Positions 10,390 through 21,457 of a stretch of 64,000 nucleotides of DNA are shown here, one piece after another. Source of the stretch: Myxococcota bacterium (lineage in GTDB: Bacteria; Myxococcota_A; SURF-8); NCBI GenBank assembly GCA_965140415.1, contig OZ223209.1, positions 3,712,001 to 3,776,000 on the forward strand, given 5' to 3'. Numbering within the stretch: position 1 is the stretch's first letter; each line of letters begins with the position of its first letter. The position numbers and the translations under genes are program-made. The notes below the pieces were generated by a model that was given only the letters and a program-made list of their open reading frames with translations, did not search any database and was not told the DNA's origin.

Positions 10390-11835
10390 TCAGGCTTCGG
10401 CACTTTCCGCTTTACCTTTTCCGTCTTCGATAGCCCACTGCGCCCCCTTCAAGAACCAGGGCTTGAGCATAATGGCGATTACAACGCCAATCACCGCAAA
10501 CGTTCCCAGAATCAACCACATCGCCGCTGGTTGCTGCCAAAATGGAACCGTGCCTTCCACCATTTTCTCGCCGATACCTTCCGGCGACCAGCGCAATAAC
10601 ATATGGCCGCTTAATACACTCACTATGGTTTTGGCTAAGAACCAGGGGATCATGGTGAATCCGAGATAGGTACCCTCCTGGCCTTTGGGAGCAACCGCCG
10701 CCGTATACTCGGAAAGTTTGGGCGACCAGATAATTTCACCAATGCTTAGCACAACCAGAAAAATCACCGCCATGATGTAATGGGCAGTGGCGATATCGGA
10801 ACTATACACTTGCCAGGGAACCACCAGTGCGAATAGCGACAGTGCGGATACCATCGCTCCATAGGTGAGCATCTTGAATAAATTGAACTTATTGGCAATC
10901 GGAACGAAAAGAATCAGACCAACTACGATCAGAATCGGGTTGACGGCATTCAGGGTACCGATATTGGCATCCGCTCCAATGGTGCGCAACCAGTATTTTG
11001 GCATCAGCAGGTAGAAATATGCAAAAACGGCACGGACACCAAGCAGCAAGGCGATAAGAGCCGTTAATTTCCAGAAAGCGCTTTCACGGAAAACTTCTTT
11101 TGCGATCTGGAAAGGATTTTTACGTTCAGTCTGAACTTCCGTAGGTTCTTCTTCCCTCTCTTCGCCCTCGCCGAAAAGTTGGTCTTCATTTCTCACAAAG
11201 AAAAGAGTTGTGATTACACATAATATCGCCAATATCGCACCCATGGTGAACAGATGCGAATTCGGCAACTCCAACACTTTGCGCACGATATCGATTGAGA
11301 AACCACCAGCCGCCGCACCGATATTCATGAACAGGTACCAAAGAGTAAACCCGGCGCTACGACTTTTCTTGGTTGTGAAACGCTTGTTGGCTGCCTGGAA
11401 AACGGTTTGCATCATGGCCATGAAGGGCGCCATTAAAAAGAACATGCCTGCAACCAGCGCACCACGATAGGGAATGGTTTCCACCAATCCGCATACCGCA
11501 ATTCCGGCACGTAGAGCGAACATAAAGAACATGGCAATGTAAATCGATCGTTTGATTCCCAACCAATCTGTCACCAGACCGGAAATGAACAGGAATAGTG
11601 TCGTCGCCGACGTGAACAAGGTAACCACATATCCGGCATCGGCATCGTCAAAACCCAGATCTTCCGAAAGAAAGACGGCGGCAATGGTGATCAACGCAAA
11701 GAAAATGGTGCAATCCAGGAAATTGACAATCTGGATTCCCCAGTATTCCGAGCGTGTTTCTTTAAGCACCTTGAAATCGTTCAGGTAATTTCGGATCATA
11801 GAAGAAGCGGAAGATCCCGACGTCGACATAGTCAC
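10390..11835 (-). CDS. MFS transporter, POT/peptide-transporter-like
   Basis: About 12 TM segments; GLVTDWLG, Y..MNIGAA.G, GEIIWSPKL.EY...APKG.EG.Y. Confidence 0.85.
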   Translation of the reverse strand: MTMSTSGSSASSMIRNYLNDFKVLKETRSEYWGIQIVNFLDCTIFFALITIAAVFLSEDLGFDDADAGYVVTLFTSATTLFLFISGLVTDWLGIKRSIYIAMFFMFALRAGIAVCGLVETIPYRGALVAGMFFLMAPFMAMMQTVFQAANKRFTTKKSRSAGFTLWYLFMNIGAAAGGFSIDIVRKVLELPNSHLFTMGAILAILCVITTLFFVRNEDQLFGEGEEREEEPTEVQTERKNPFQIAKEVFRESAFWKLTALIALLLGVRAVFAYFYLLMPKYWLRTIGADANIGTLNAVNPILIVVGLILFVPIANKFNLFKMLTYGAMVSALSLFALVVPWQVYSSDIATAHYIMAVIFLVVLSIGEIIWSPKLSEYTAAVAPKGQEGTYLGFTMIPWFLAKTIVSVLSGHMLLRWSPEGIGEKMVEGTVPFWQQPAAMWLILGTFAVIGVVIAIMLKPWFLKGAQWAIEDGKGKAESAEA

Positions 11836-11937
11836 CTCGCTATTTACTGTGATGATTTAGACCGGACACCAAATCTCGTGTAACAATTCGGTTCATCGAA
11901 AATACGCCATTTTTCGTTTTCAATCAAGAGATGCCAC

Positions 11938-11971
11938 AAAAAAAACGACGGACCCGAGGGCCCGCCGTTTT
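11938..11971 (-). terminator. Intrinsic terminator
   Basis: Minus strand AAAACGGCGGGCCC-TC-GGGTCCGTCGTTTTTTTT after the large Cys-rich gene. Confidence 0.75.
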
Positions 11972-11991
11972 CATCGTCGATAAACGTTCCG

Positions 11992-14900
11992 TTACCGGCT
12001 GTACAAAGTAGAACAGGAATCGGTTGCGTTGTACATTTCCTGGGCGCTGTCGCACCAGATGGAACGCTGCGTGTAACTGTCATTCGGATCGAACACACCA
12101 CCCAACGTAGTGATGAAGGGGTTGGCGTAGGGATTCTGTTCGACGGAGCTGTAGGGATTGGAACCGTTGCACTTGCAGAAGTTACCCACGATCGTGGCGC
12201 AGGTCTTGCTGGTCGGCTCATCAACACAGTCGCTGTCGGTGGAGCAAGGGGTCGTCGGATTACATTCGTCCGGCGTACCGGTACCCGTGACACAGGAGGA
12301 GCAGAACTTGCCCCAGTCGCGAGCCTCGCAGGTATACTCGTTGGCATACCAGCCCTGGCACTCTTCCGTGTTTTCACATTTGGTCTGGGTCCAACCCGCA
12401 CAAATCGGAGCGACCGTACCTTCATCCTCCGTGGCATCCCATTCGATGTCCGCCACCTTCCAGTAGGTATTGGTGTAGGAGAATTCCTGGGCAATGCCCT
12501 TCTTCAGAGCCAGTTCACCATTAAGGTAGATCTGCACGAAGGCCTTGACCGGCGCATTGGGAGATTCATCGCCAACGGCGTTATCCGGATCGGCGTACAA
12601 ACGAGCCACGATGCGGTAGGTGCCGGATACCGGCTCTTTCAGGGAGATGTTTTCCGGTCCCCAACCATCGACATCATCGATGTCCAGGCTCGGGTCGTCT
12701 TCCTGGCTGTTGGCCACACAGGAACCACCTTCACCACAGAGATACTGGCTGCTCTTGGTCAGACACTGCGAAGAGCTATCACAGGTGAAATCGCAGGAAC
12801 TGTTGGCGGTATCGCAGGTAAACACATCGGCATTGGGACCGTTGCATTCGGCATCGCCGTTGCAACTCACGTCCGGCGCAGAATATTCACCCCAGCGCGG
12901 CGTACCGTTGAGGAAGAAGCAGGTGTCGTTGACAGACAGGGAATCACGCCGCGTACAGATCATACGATAACCGGTAGCCCCGACTTTACTGGGGTTACAG
13001 TAACCGCCGTTGCAGTCGTCATCGGATTCGCACTCGATAACCTTTTCCAGACTGACCGCACACTGGTTGTAGTCGTTGCAGAACCAACCACCGTTGATGG
13101 CTTTGCACTGCTCATCCGTATCGCAAGAATTCTCGCAATAAGTGCCACCGCAGGTAAAATGTCCCGGACAATCATCATCGGTGGTGCAAGCGCCCATAGT
13201 CGGAGCGGTCGGTTCGATTTTATCCTGGAAAGCCGCAGGAACACCAAAGGTACCGTCGTCACGATAACGCACCAGGAACAAGTCCAGATCGACGTTGTCG
13301 CCACGATCCCAGATCAACTCGACGTGCAGTTTCTGCGACGGTTTGACCAGGACGCATTTTTCGTCGTATTCCGGGCAATCCGGACAATCGGCATCAGGAC
13401 CGCTTTCCACGCCAGCCGCATCCTTCACATAAAGACGGAAGCAGTATTCACCGGCGATGGGGAATTTGATTTTCGGGGAGCTTTCGTCCGTCCATTCACC
13501 CATGATGGAAACCGGATTATCGAAGGAACCCGTTGTACCGTCCACGAGTACGGCGTCCTGAGCGAAGGCAGGTTTTCCACCCGGAGCCCATTCCCACTTG
13601 TAGGTGAAGGGCTGACGGCTTTCGCCGAAAGGTGAGTAGGACTTGCTGCCATCCAGATGGATGTCATCCAAAGGCTCGGGATTGGCATAGTCCGCCGGGA
13701 TCTCGATCACAGGAATAGGCGGTCCACCCTTGTTCTCCGGGACCGTAATCGTAACTTCACGAGCCGCCGTGCCGCCCTCTTCCGCCGAACTCAGAATGTT
13801 CATCGTGTATTCTTTGGCCGTCAGCACCTGGCCGACCGGATAGTCGCTGGCTTTGTGCGGCGCATACAGAACACGCATGGGCAGTTGATCCATTTTCACC
13901 AGGTCAGGATCGATCGAGAGCAAATCGGAACGGAACGCGCCGTCCTGGTAGCAGGACTCGGTCGCCGGAATCGGATCCATCAGCATCACGGTGTACTGAT
14001 TGACCAGTTTGTTGCTATCGCAGAAGGCCACGTACTGGTTCTGGCCCTGATCGATGTGGGAGACCATCAAACGATAATTGGCCTGGCTTCTGGAATGCAG
14101 CATCACGCCGCTGCCGTTGTTGTCGTCTTCGATATTGTTCATTTTCAGTTTCAGCGCGATCTGATCGCAACGATTCAGACCGTACAACCCGTCCACGGGA
14201 GTTTTCGTGTTGGTGTCTTCGTCGAACAGGCACAGCGCCTCGCCGTTGATTCCCTGCCAGACCGCCGCGCGGTCCGTTTTAACTTCGCTGGAATCCACCG
14301 CGACCAAACGTTCGAAACCGTATTCCACCGACAAGTCAACTTTGATGTCCGTACCGCACACCTTGGTGGTGTTACAGACTTCACTACCGGTTTCCGCGTT
14401 GGTGCTGCATACGCTGCCTTCATCGAGGCAAACGAAGTCGGGTCCGAAACGGGCGCAATCTTCAACTGTGCCACAGTTGTATTCCGTCGCGCCGCCCCAT
14501 TCCGAAACACCGGAAGCATCGGCACGATTGAAATATTTGTAATACGCCGTGCAGGTGCTCTGAGGATTGTCCAGTTCCAGTGGATCGTGAACGCAGGTGA
14601 ACATTTCACCCATGCGATTGGCATTGGAATCGCATTCGGCTTCTTCCGGGTCGCAATGACAATCGGAATCGACTTCACAGGTCACGTCGCTGGTAATACC
14701 CATCGAAAAATAGGTGTACTGAATGGCAGTGCCATCGCCCTGCTTTTGAGCAAGCTGAGCCATGGTAATGGACTGATCCAACACGGTTTTCTGGGTTTTG
14801 TTCAACAAACCACCGGTGGAATCTTCGAAATTGATTTCGAAAATTTCCAGGCGCGCAGAAGTACTGTCGTTGGTAAGCAGCACTTCCTCAACGTAGGAAG

Positions 14901-15069
14901 CCGGCTTTTGCAGATCGAGTTCGATCACATCAGGTTGCACCTTGATCGAAGCCACCGGCGTAAAGCGGTGCTCATTGCAACCCATCGTCGCGATGCCCAG
15001 AATCAGCACGGCGACCAGCGCCAGCGCCAGGGACACGCCACTGACAAGATTTCGTTTGGGGGACAACAT
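11992..15069 (-). CDS. Large Cys-rich lipoprotein with PKD-like and YfaP/DUF2135-like segments
   Basis: Lipobox TMGC; many CxxDxxC repeats; LDGSKSYSP..YKW (PKD-like); LHVELIWD..DLDLFL...SLDIDDVDGWGPENI. SD AAGGAGG before ATG 15069. Confidence 0.8.
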   Translation of the reverse strand: MLSPKRNLVSGVSLALALVAVLILGIATMGCNEHRFTPVASIKVQPDVIELDLQKPASYVEEVLLTNDSTSARLEIFEINFEDSTGGLLNKTQKTVLDQSITMAQLAQKQGDGTAIQYTYFSMGITSDVTCEVDSDCHCDPEEAECDSNANRMGEMFTCVHDPLELDNPQSTCTAYYKYFNRADASGVSEWGGATEYNCGTVEDCARFGPDFVCLDEGSVCSTNAETGSEVCNTTKVCGTDIKVDLSVEYGFERLVAVDSSEVKTDRAAVWQGINGEALCLFDEDTNTKTPVDGLYGLNRCDQIALKLKMNNIEDDNNGSGVMLHSRSQANYRLMVSHIDQGQNQYVAFCDSNKLVNQYTVMLMDPIPATESCYQDGAFRSDLLSIDPDLVKMDQLPMRVLYAPHKASDYPVGQVLTAKEYTMNILSSAEEGGTAAREVTITVPENKGGPPIPVIEIPADYANPEPLDDIHLDGSKSYSPFGESRQPFTYKWEWAPGGKPAFAQDAVLVDGTTGSFDNPVSIMGEWTDESSPKIKFPIAGEYCFRLYVKDAAGVESGPDADCPDCPEYDEKCVLVKPSQKLHVELIWDRGDNVDLDLFLVRYRDDGTFGVPAAFQDKIEPTAPTMGACTTDDDCPGHFTCGGTYCENSCDTDEQCKAINGGWFCNDYNQCAVSLEKVIECESDDDCNGGYCNPSKVGATGYRMICTRRDSLSVNDTCFFLNGTPRWGEYSAPDVSCNGDAECNGPNADVFTCDTANSSCDFTCDSSSQCLTKSSQYLCGEGGSCVANSQEDDPSLDIDDVDGWGPENISLKEPVSGTYRIVARLYADPDNAVGDESPNAPVKAFVQIYLNGELALKKGIAQEFSYTNTYWKVADIEWDATEDEGTVAPICAGWTQTKCENTEECQGWYANEYTCEARDWGKFCSSCVTGTGTPDECNPTTPCSTDSDCVDEPTSKTCATIVGNFCKCNGSNPYSSVEQNPYANPFITTLGGVFDPNDSYTQRSIWCDSAQEMYNATDSCSTLYSR

Positions 15070-15482
15070 GGACAAGCCTCCTTTAACTCCCAATTTTCGG
15101 ACAGAATCACTGAAAATCATTACACAATTTTGCTCTGCCAAGGCAGTCGCTTGTGAGAATCTATTTGGTTAGTTGCAACCCGGAGCCGATTTCTTTCATA
15201 AAAAATGCACCTGCCATGCACAAATCGTTCACAGTGGCTTGCACCGGGTTTCGGTGCAGCAAATTACCATAGCGAAAGAAACTGTGCAACATAAAAATAT
15301 CAAGGGCTTGCATCAGGGGGACGGATCAAACGCATCCATTGAATGGAGCAAAAAACGGTGCAAGATATTTCATGTTCCCAGCAAACAGCCATTCAACAGC
15401 ACAAACGCCGTATCCCACTGAATTCACAGGAAATATCCTACTATTGTGCTCCGCTCCTTCTAAAGAACAATCAGATCACACT

Positions 15483-16625
15483 TTATTTTGGGAAGGTCTT
15501 ACAGCAATAGGCACCCAATTTTTCCGAATCGACATCGGCTTCCCCATCGAAATCGTCATCATCATCCGTACGATTGACATATAGCGCCTTATTGTCTCCC
15601 GTTCGATCCTTCAACCAGAAACCACTGTAAAGATTACTCATTCCATAATGTTTAGCCAAGTAAAGTTCCTCATAGGAACACAACCCGTCATAGTTTAAGC
15701 ATCGCTGTACAGCCTCATTCCAAGTCGCGCAGTCACTCGCACACATAAGAATTGGATGTACACACACCAGTTTGTTATGAAAGTTCAATGCATATTCATT
15801 CTGACCACAACTCGGCTCCTGTTTTCCACAATCCTCGACCGTGCAGGAACTGTCTCCGTTAATATCCTCCGCAGAATCGCAGACATTGTCCTCATCCAGA
15901 TCCCAGCAGTGAATGCCCGGCGCTCCCTGCTGCCCCGTTTCGCCATCCTCACCATTGCAAACAAACTGTGAATCGCCGCTGCCAATGGAAAACCCGACAC
16001 CGCCGTTGGGACAATCGGCCACATCCGCCGACCAGCTCACAACCGATTCACCAGCGTCACCTTGCAATCCTTGATCACCTGTATCGCCCTTGTCGCCCTT
16101 GTCGCCCTTGTCGCCCTTCGGCCCTGGATCGCCTTGCGGTCCCTGCAAACCGGTTGGATCACCAACCCATTGGCCGTTTTCATTAATCACCACCGATCCT
16201 CCCACACTCACCGTCTGCGGTGTGATGGCACCCACGGCATTATTGGCCACATCGGCCATCGCCGCATAAGGAACGGAAGAAATCGGAGTGCGCGGAGACA
16301 ATTCATCTCCTTCCCCCACTTTTACTCCCAGCCACAAACTGGAGCCGTCAAATACATTAGCGTCTAATGGGTTGGATTCGCCTCCCAGCAACACGACAAA
16401 AGCTCCCTGCTCCAATGTGGCAGATAACGTCTGCGTCCAGCGGGAATCCGTTCCGTCTTCCGATCCGTAAATCGTAAAGGTTAGCGACTGCTCGCCCGAC
16501 AGCGGCACGTTACTGGCATCCGTCAAATATCCCTTAAACTGCATATGGTTAGGGGCACTAGCATGAGCGACACCACCTAAAACGACCATCAAAGCCAAAA
16601 GCAACCACAAGCTTCGAACTTGCAT
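15483..16625 (-). CDS. Secreted collagen-repeat protein with C-terminal Cys-rich (lectin-like) domain
   Basis: Signal peptide; N-terminal F.GYLTD...LTFTIY...LWLGV.V..ELSPR..I.SVPYA domain; Gly-X-Y repeats; C-terminal TWNEAVQRC...LCS.EE...YCC. Confidence 0.8.
   Translation of the reverse strand: MQVRSLWLLLALMVVLGGVAHASAPNHMQFKGYLTDASNVPLSGEQSLTFTIYGSEDGTDSRWTQTLSATLEQGAFVVLLGGESNPLDANVFDGSSLWLGVKVGEGDELSPRTPISSVPYAAMADVANNAVGAITPQTVSVGGSVVINENGQWVGDPTGLQGPQGDPGPKGDKGDKGDKGDTGDQGLQGDAGESVVSWSADVADCPNGGVGFSIGSGDSQFVCNGEDGETGQQGAPGIHCWDLDEDNVCDSAEDINGDSSCTVEDCGKQEPSCGQNEYALNFHNKLVCVHPILMCASDCATWNEAVQRCLNYDGLCSYEELYLAKHYGMSNLYSGFWLKDRTGDNKALYVNRTDDDDDFDGEADVDSEKLGAYCCKTFPK
16084..16118. repeat. 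9-bp tandem repeat (TCGCCCTTG) encoding KGD collagen triplets
   Basis: About four consecutive copies are directly visible. Confidence 0.8.
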
Positions 16626-16881
16626 ATCTTTCTCCATTAACTCAGGTTTCGGAAGAATTGCATCCCATGGCAATAACGGAAAACAGCAGAATCACACATA
16701 AGGCACGGAAAAAGCCGCCACTCATGGCCTTCCCCTTGAAAAAACAGAATATGAATTTCGCGAGCTTATTTATGGAGAAAGAATAGTCTGCTCTTTTCCG
16801 TAAATGCAAGCCAAAAGCACGATCGTCCAATCGTATACAAAATACAACGGGAGATGGTGCCACATTGAAATTGCGCAGTTC

Positions 16882-16910
16882 TTGACACTATTCACTATAT
16901 GAAGTAGAGT
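16882..16910 (+). promoter_or_regulatory. Sigma70 promoter candidate for the kinase
   Basis: TTGACA-N17-TAGAGT. Confidence 0.55.
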
Positions 16911-16949
16911 TTTCCAAATTCTGGTCCTGAGATGTGAGACAACAACAGC

Positions 16950-19259
16950 ATGACGTTGAAACCCGTAGCATACGGAAAATATCTGCTCATCGATCGAGTG
17001 AGCGTGGGAGGGATGGCCGAGGTTTTCAAAGCCATGGCCGTGGGGCAGTCCGGTTTCCAGAAAGTGCTGGCGATCAAGCGGATTCTGCCCAATGTTGCAG
17101 AAGAAGAAGGCTTCAGCCAGATGTTCGTGGACGAAGCCAACATTGCCGGTCAACTGCACCACGCCAATATCGTTCAAATCTACGATCTCGGAGTGATCGA
17201 AGAGAGCCTGTTCATCGCGATGGAGTTCGTTGAAGGCCAGGACTTGCGCGCGATCTTCGACCGGCTGAAGAAACTCAAGCAGCCCTTCCCCAGCGATCTG
17301 GCGGCTTTCATCGCCTCACAAGCATTGGCGGGGCTGGACTACGCTCATCGCAAAACCGACGCCGCGCTGCGACCGTTGAATATCGTTCATCGTGACGTAT
17401 CCCCGCCCAACCTGATTCTCTCTTACGAGGGCGAAGTGAAACTGATCGATTTCGGCATCGCCAAAGCCGCCAGTAAAGCCAGTAAAACCCAGGCTGGAAT
17501 CCTGAAGGGGAAATTCGGCTACATGTCTCCCGAGCAGGTTCGGGGCATGAAGGTCGACGGTCGCTCGGATGTGTTCTCGATCTCGATCATTCTTTGGGAA
17601 ATGCTGGCCTGCCGCAGGCTGTTCGTCGGCGATACGGACTTCGCCACGCTGGAAAAAGTGCGGGGAATGGAAATCGATCCTCCTTCGTATCACAACAGCC
17701 AGGTTCCGGAAGAGTTGGACCGCATTGCGATGCGCGGACTGGAACGCGACGTCAACAAGCGTTATGAATCCGCTCTGGAAATGCAGCACGATCTGCAACG
17801 CTATCTCTACAGCCAAACCCCGATTTGCAGCCAGGCCACTTTAACGGAATGGATGCAGACCGTATTCAATGAAGAACTGGAACACGCCAAGCAGCGCATG
17901 CTGGAAATCGAGAAACTCGATCTCAATCATTTCGGAATCGATCTGGAAGCGATCGAACAGGCGGAAGTGCAGTCGCTGCGTACGGATAGCGTTCAGGCCA
18001 GACCGGAGACCACGGTAGGTACACCACCTACAACATCACAAAACGCTACCGGGGAAAAGAACGAAAAAAAGGAAAGTGAAGTCCAGGAAAAGGCCAAGCC
18101 TCCTGTTTCAGACAAGAAAACGTCCGAGAAAAAACGGGTAGCAAGCCAAAAACTCGACCTGTCCCCCGAAGACATTCACGATTTTCCCTCTCCGTCAGAC
18201 GAACAGGATGAAGACTGGAAACCGGGCTTTTCTTCCAAAGCCTTATCCGCCCTGCTCACCATCCTGCTTGCCATGTTCTGCCTTGTCGGCTGGTATGTCG
18301 TGGACAAACAGGACATTCACACGCATTCACAGAATGCGCTGGGACAAGCCGGAACCGTGATGTTCTTTGCCAATCGTCCGGAAGCAACCGTTCGACTAGG
18401 TGAAAAAACACTCTGCACGACCCCATGCCGCATGAAAAAATTCCCGGCAGGAAAGCATACCGTACATTTCGAAAAAGACGGTTTCCTTACCGATACCGTT
18501 CATTTCAAAATGCAAAACAAGGCAAGCATCGAGGTGGTCGGAAAGCTGTTCAATCCGGGAGAAGTGCAGGCTGTACTACTCATTCAAAGCGATCCCCCGG
18601 ATGCAGATGTCTGGATCGATGGAGAAAACGCCCCCAACAGTACCCCAGCGGTGATCAACGGACTTCCGGCAGGCAAGGAAATCAGCGTCAAGATCGGGCT
18701 GGAAGGCTATCGCGACGAAGTCCGTACGCTTACTCTTGGCAAAGAGGAGTTTCATTCGCTGTCGGTTTCATTACTGCCCATGACTCCATCCATCCGCATT
18801 CAATCCGAACCGGAAGGCGCAGCGATTTACGTTAATGGACGTAACAGCGGAAAAACGACTCCGAGCCGGATCGATCAGCTTGAAGACGGCAAAAGCTACA
18901 TCGTCCGCGTCGTAAAGGATCGCTATAAGTATTCGCAACAGGAAGTAACGGCCAGCGCGAGTAAAGACGAAAAATTATCCTTCACAATGGAAGCCATCAA
19001 CGGGAACCGCACACCGGAACCCGCTCGTGAGATTTCGCCACGATTCGGATATCTCAACGTGTTCAGCGAGCCCAGTGCAAAAATCTACATCGATGGTCGT
19101 TTCAGCGGGAAATGGTCTCCGGCTACACACCTGAAATTGACCACGGGCCGCCACGAACTGAAGTTGATCAACCCGGACTACAACATTCACAGCATCAATG
19201 CGGTCACGATCAAAAGCGGACAGACAACGCGGTTCAGGAAACGCTTCACCAATCCGTAA
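16950..19259 (+). CDS. Ser/Thr protein kinase with TM segment and multiple PEGA domains
   Basis: GGMAEVF, AIKRI, HRDVSPPN, DFGIAKA, GKFGYMSPEQ; TM; repeated S.P.GA.IY.DG...TP. Confidence 0.92.
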   Translation: MTLKPVAYGKYLLIDRVSVGGMAEVFKAMAVGQSGFQKVLAIKRILPNVAEEEGFSQMFVDEANIAGQLHHANIVQIYDLGVIEESLFIAMEFVEGQDLRAIFDRLKKLKQPFPSDLAAFIASQALAGLDYAHRKTDAALRPLNIVHRDVSPPNLILSYEGEVKLIDFGIAKAASKASKTQAGILKGKFGYMSPEQVRGMKVDGRSDVFSISIILWEMLACRRLFVGDTDFATLEKVRGMEIDPPSYHNSQVPEELDRIAMRGLERDVNKRYESALEMQHDLQRYLYSQTPICSQATLTEWMQTVFNEELEHAKQRMLEIEKLDLNHFGIDLEAIEQAEVQSLRTDSVQARPETTVGTPPTTSQNATGEKNEKKESEVQEKAKPPVSDKKTSEKKRVASQKLDLSPEDIHDFPSPSDEQDEDWKPGFSSKALSALLTILLAMFCLVGWYVVDKQDIHTHSQNALGQAGTVMFFANRPEATVRLGEKTLCTTPCRMKKFPAGKHTVHFEKDGFLTDTVHFKMQNKASIEVVGKLFNPGEVQAVLLIQSDPPDADVWIDGENAPNSTPAVINGLPAGKEISVKIGLEGYRDEVRTLTLGKEEFHSLSVSLLPMTPSIRIQSEPEGAAIYVNGRNSGKTTPSRIDQLEDGKSYIVRVVKDRYKYSQQEVTASASKDEKLSFTMEAINGNRTPEPAREISPRFGYLNVFSEPSAKIYIDGRFSGKWSPATHLKLTTGRHELKLINPDYNIHSINAVTIKSGQTTRFRKRFTNP

Positions 19260-19458
19260 CCCATACGTTTCGTGCAGCGAATTTCACCTTTCATACGGTA
19301 CAACTCTTCACGCAATTGCAGCTTTCGATTCAAATTCAATCGAAGAATGACAACTGTGTAATAACGTGTCATTAATCTTTTTTAATAATCTACGTCTTTG
19401 AAAAGCGGTCGTTCCGGCTATAATGACCCCACGAAAAACGCGCCAACGGAATCAGGTC

Positions 19459-20133
19459 ATGCGCTTGTTATTGGTGGAAGACGACGAACATTTGGCAAGT
19501 ATGCTCCGCAGAGGGCTTGAAGAAGAAGGCTACGAAGTCGATTGGACCGAGGATGGCGAACGTGGTCTTCAGTTGGCCCTGGAATTCGCCTATCACTGCA
19601 TCATTCTCGATCTCATGCTACCGGAACGGGACGGTCTTTCGCTTTGCCGCAAGCTTCGAGAACAGGGGCGCCAGCAACCGGTCATCATTTTAACGGCCAA
19701 GAATGCACTGGAAGATAAAATCGAGGGGTTCTCTTCGGGTGCCGACGACTATATGGTCAAACCCTTCTCGTTTGAGGAGTTGCTCGCCAGAATCGAAGTG
19801 CGCATCCGCCGCAATCAACCACAACGCGGCCCACAACCGTCCTATAAAGATCTGGTTCTCGATCCGATCGAACGCACGGCTACACGCGAAGGCAAGCGCA
19901 TCGAACTGACCAGCAAAGAATACGCCCTGTTGGAATACCTGTTGCGTAACGCCGAGCAGGTCGTCACCGACAAGCAACTGATCGAGGATGTCTGGGGATT
20001 ATCCTTCGATCCGCAAACCAATGTAATCAACGTCTACCTTCATCACCTGCGCAATAAAATCGATCGCAACTTCTCCAGCCCTCTGATTCATACCATTCGC
20101 GGCAAAGGTTACCGCTTTGGAGACAAGCCATGA
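19459..20133 (+). CDS. OmpR-family response regulator (CusR/CzcR-like)
   Basis: LLVEDD, ILDLMLP, GADDYMVKPF, LTSKEY.LLEYL, IHTIRGKGY. Confidence 0.9.
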   Translation: MRLLLVEDDEHLASMLRRGLEEEGYEVDWTEDGERGLQLALEFAYHCIILDLMLPERDGLSLCRKLREQGRQQPVIILTAKNALEDKIEGFSSGADDYMVKPFSFEELLARIEVRIRRNQPQRGPQPSYKDLVLDPIERTATREGKRIELTSKEYALLEYLLRNAEQVVTDKQLIEDVWGLSFDPQTNVINVYLHHLRNKIDRNFSSPLIHTIRGKGYRFGDKP

Positions 20134-21197
20134 AAATCGTATCCATCCGTTGGAAGTTGACCCTGCTTTACGTCATAACGGTTGCGATTCTGCTCGCGGT
20201 CTTCATCGGCGCGGATGTCATCGGTTTGAAGCGAAATCTGATGCAACAGGCCGGAGAACACGCCATCTCCCAGCAGATGATGCATGACACCTGGACGCGC
20301 GCTCTATGGGAGCATGTCTCCATCGGCGCTCTGCTGTTGGTGGTTGTGTTTGTTTTGGGATACTTGTTCATTCGCCGGGCCTTGAAACCGGTACGCGAGA
20401 TCACTCACACCGCACGACAAATCACGGCAGAGGATTTGAGCCTGCGTGTCGATGCCCACGGCGACCGAAATGAGATCGGTCAACTGGCGGACACCTTGAA
20501 CGACATGATCGAACGCCTGCAAACCTCGTTTGTGCGCATCAAACAGTTCTCCGCCGATGCCGCTCACGAGTTGAGTACGCCGCTCACGATTCTTCGTGGT
20601 GAGGTGGAACTGGCGCTGCGCAAGGAGCGGTCGGCGGAAAGTTACCACCAAACGCTGACTCAACTATTGGGAGAAATCGACCAGCTCTCCTCGATCATCG
20701 ATAACCTGCTGCTGCTTTCTCAAATCGACAACAAACGTGTTACGCTGCCCGAAACGAATGTGGCGCTGGACGACGTGATCATGAAAGCGTATGAGGAAAC
20801 CCTGCCTATTTCGCAAGGTAAAGGAATTGCACTTGAACTGGAGCGAATCGACACGGTTTCCGTACAAGGTCACGAACATTTGCTTAAACGGCTGGTCGTC
20901 AATCTACTGACCAACGCCGTGAAATTCAGTTCGAACAACGACCGGGTTGCAATTCGCCTCACTGCCGCCGATGCCGGTTTCGAACTTTCGATTCAGGACC
21001 AGGGCATCGGCATCCCGCAGAAAGAGTTGCCCTTTGTGTTCGACCGCTTTTACCGTGTGGAAAAGAGCCGCACCAAACGGGCCGGCGGTTGCGGCCTTGG
21101 TTTGTCCATCGCCAAGGAAATTGCGGATCTGCACGGGCTGAAGTTGAGCATCACAAGTGAAGTCGGTAAAGGCACCACCGTTTCGCTGACAAGCTGA
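20130..21197 (+). CDS. HAMP-domain sensor histidine kinase
   Basis: Two TMs, HAMP, FSADAAHELSTPL, NLLTNAVKF, DQGIGI, FYRV, GLGLSI; ATGA overlap with the regulator. Confidence 0.9.
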   Translation: MKIVSIRWKLTLLYVITVAILLAVFIGADVIGLKRNLMQQAGEHAISQQMMHDTWTRALWEHVSIGALLLVVVFVLGYLFIRRALKPVREITHTARQITAEDLSLRVDAHGDRNEIGQLADTLNDMIERLQTSFVRIKQFSADAAHELSTPLTILRGEVELALRKERSAESYHQTLTQLLGEIDQLSSIIDNLLLLSQIDNKRVTLPETNVALDDVIMKAYEETLPISQGKGIALELERIDTVSVQGHEHLLKRLVVNLLTNAVKFSSNNDRVAIRLTAADAGFELSIQDQGIGIPQKELPFVFDRFYRVEKSRTKRAGGCGLGLSIAKEIADLHGLKLSITSEVGKGTTVSLTS

Positions 21198-21286
21198 AAT
21201 CGTATTTCAATTCCCCCTCCAAAAAGGTTCAACTCCTATTTCCGGCGAACCTTCTCAATTCAAATCGATAGCGCTGGTAGCTTCCT

Positions 21287-21457
21287 GTTCCCTTCCCCGA
21301 CGGAGCCGCCTCGCATCATGAGGCTTGGTTCACCGGGGCTTTAGCGGGCGGCAGTCAAGGCCGGAGCAAAGCGACGTTCATATAGCCTTGACGGCTGCGC
21401 GCGCCCCGGTACAAGCCACAGATGATGCGTGGCAGGTGACGGAAGGCGGAAGGGAAC
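21287..21457. ncRNA. Long (~170 nt) imperfect hairpin; candidate structured RNA or mobile-element end
   Basis: Nested pairings GTTCCCTTCC/GGAAGGGAAC, CGCATCAT/ATGATGCG, GGCTTG/CAAGCC, ACCGGGGC/GCCCCGGT, GTCAAGGC/GCCTTGAC. Confidence 0.5.

Noticed and set aside
13657-15156. 499-aa plus-strand ORF
   Set aside because: Antisense to the Cys-rich lipoprotein; no recognisable domain.
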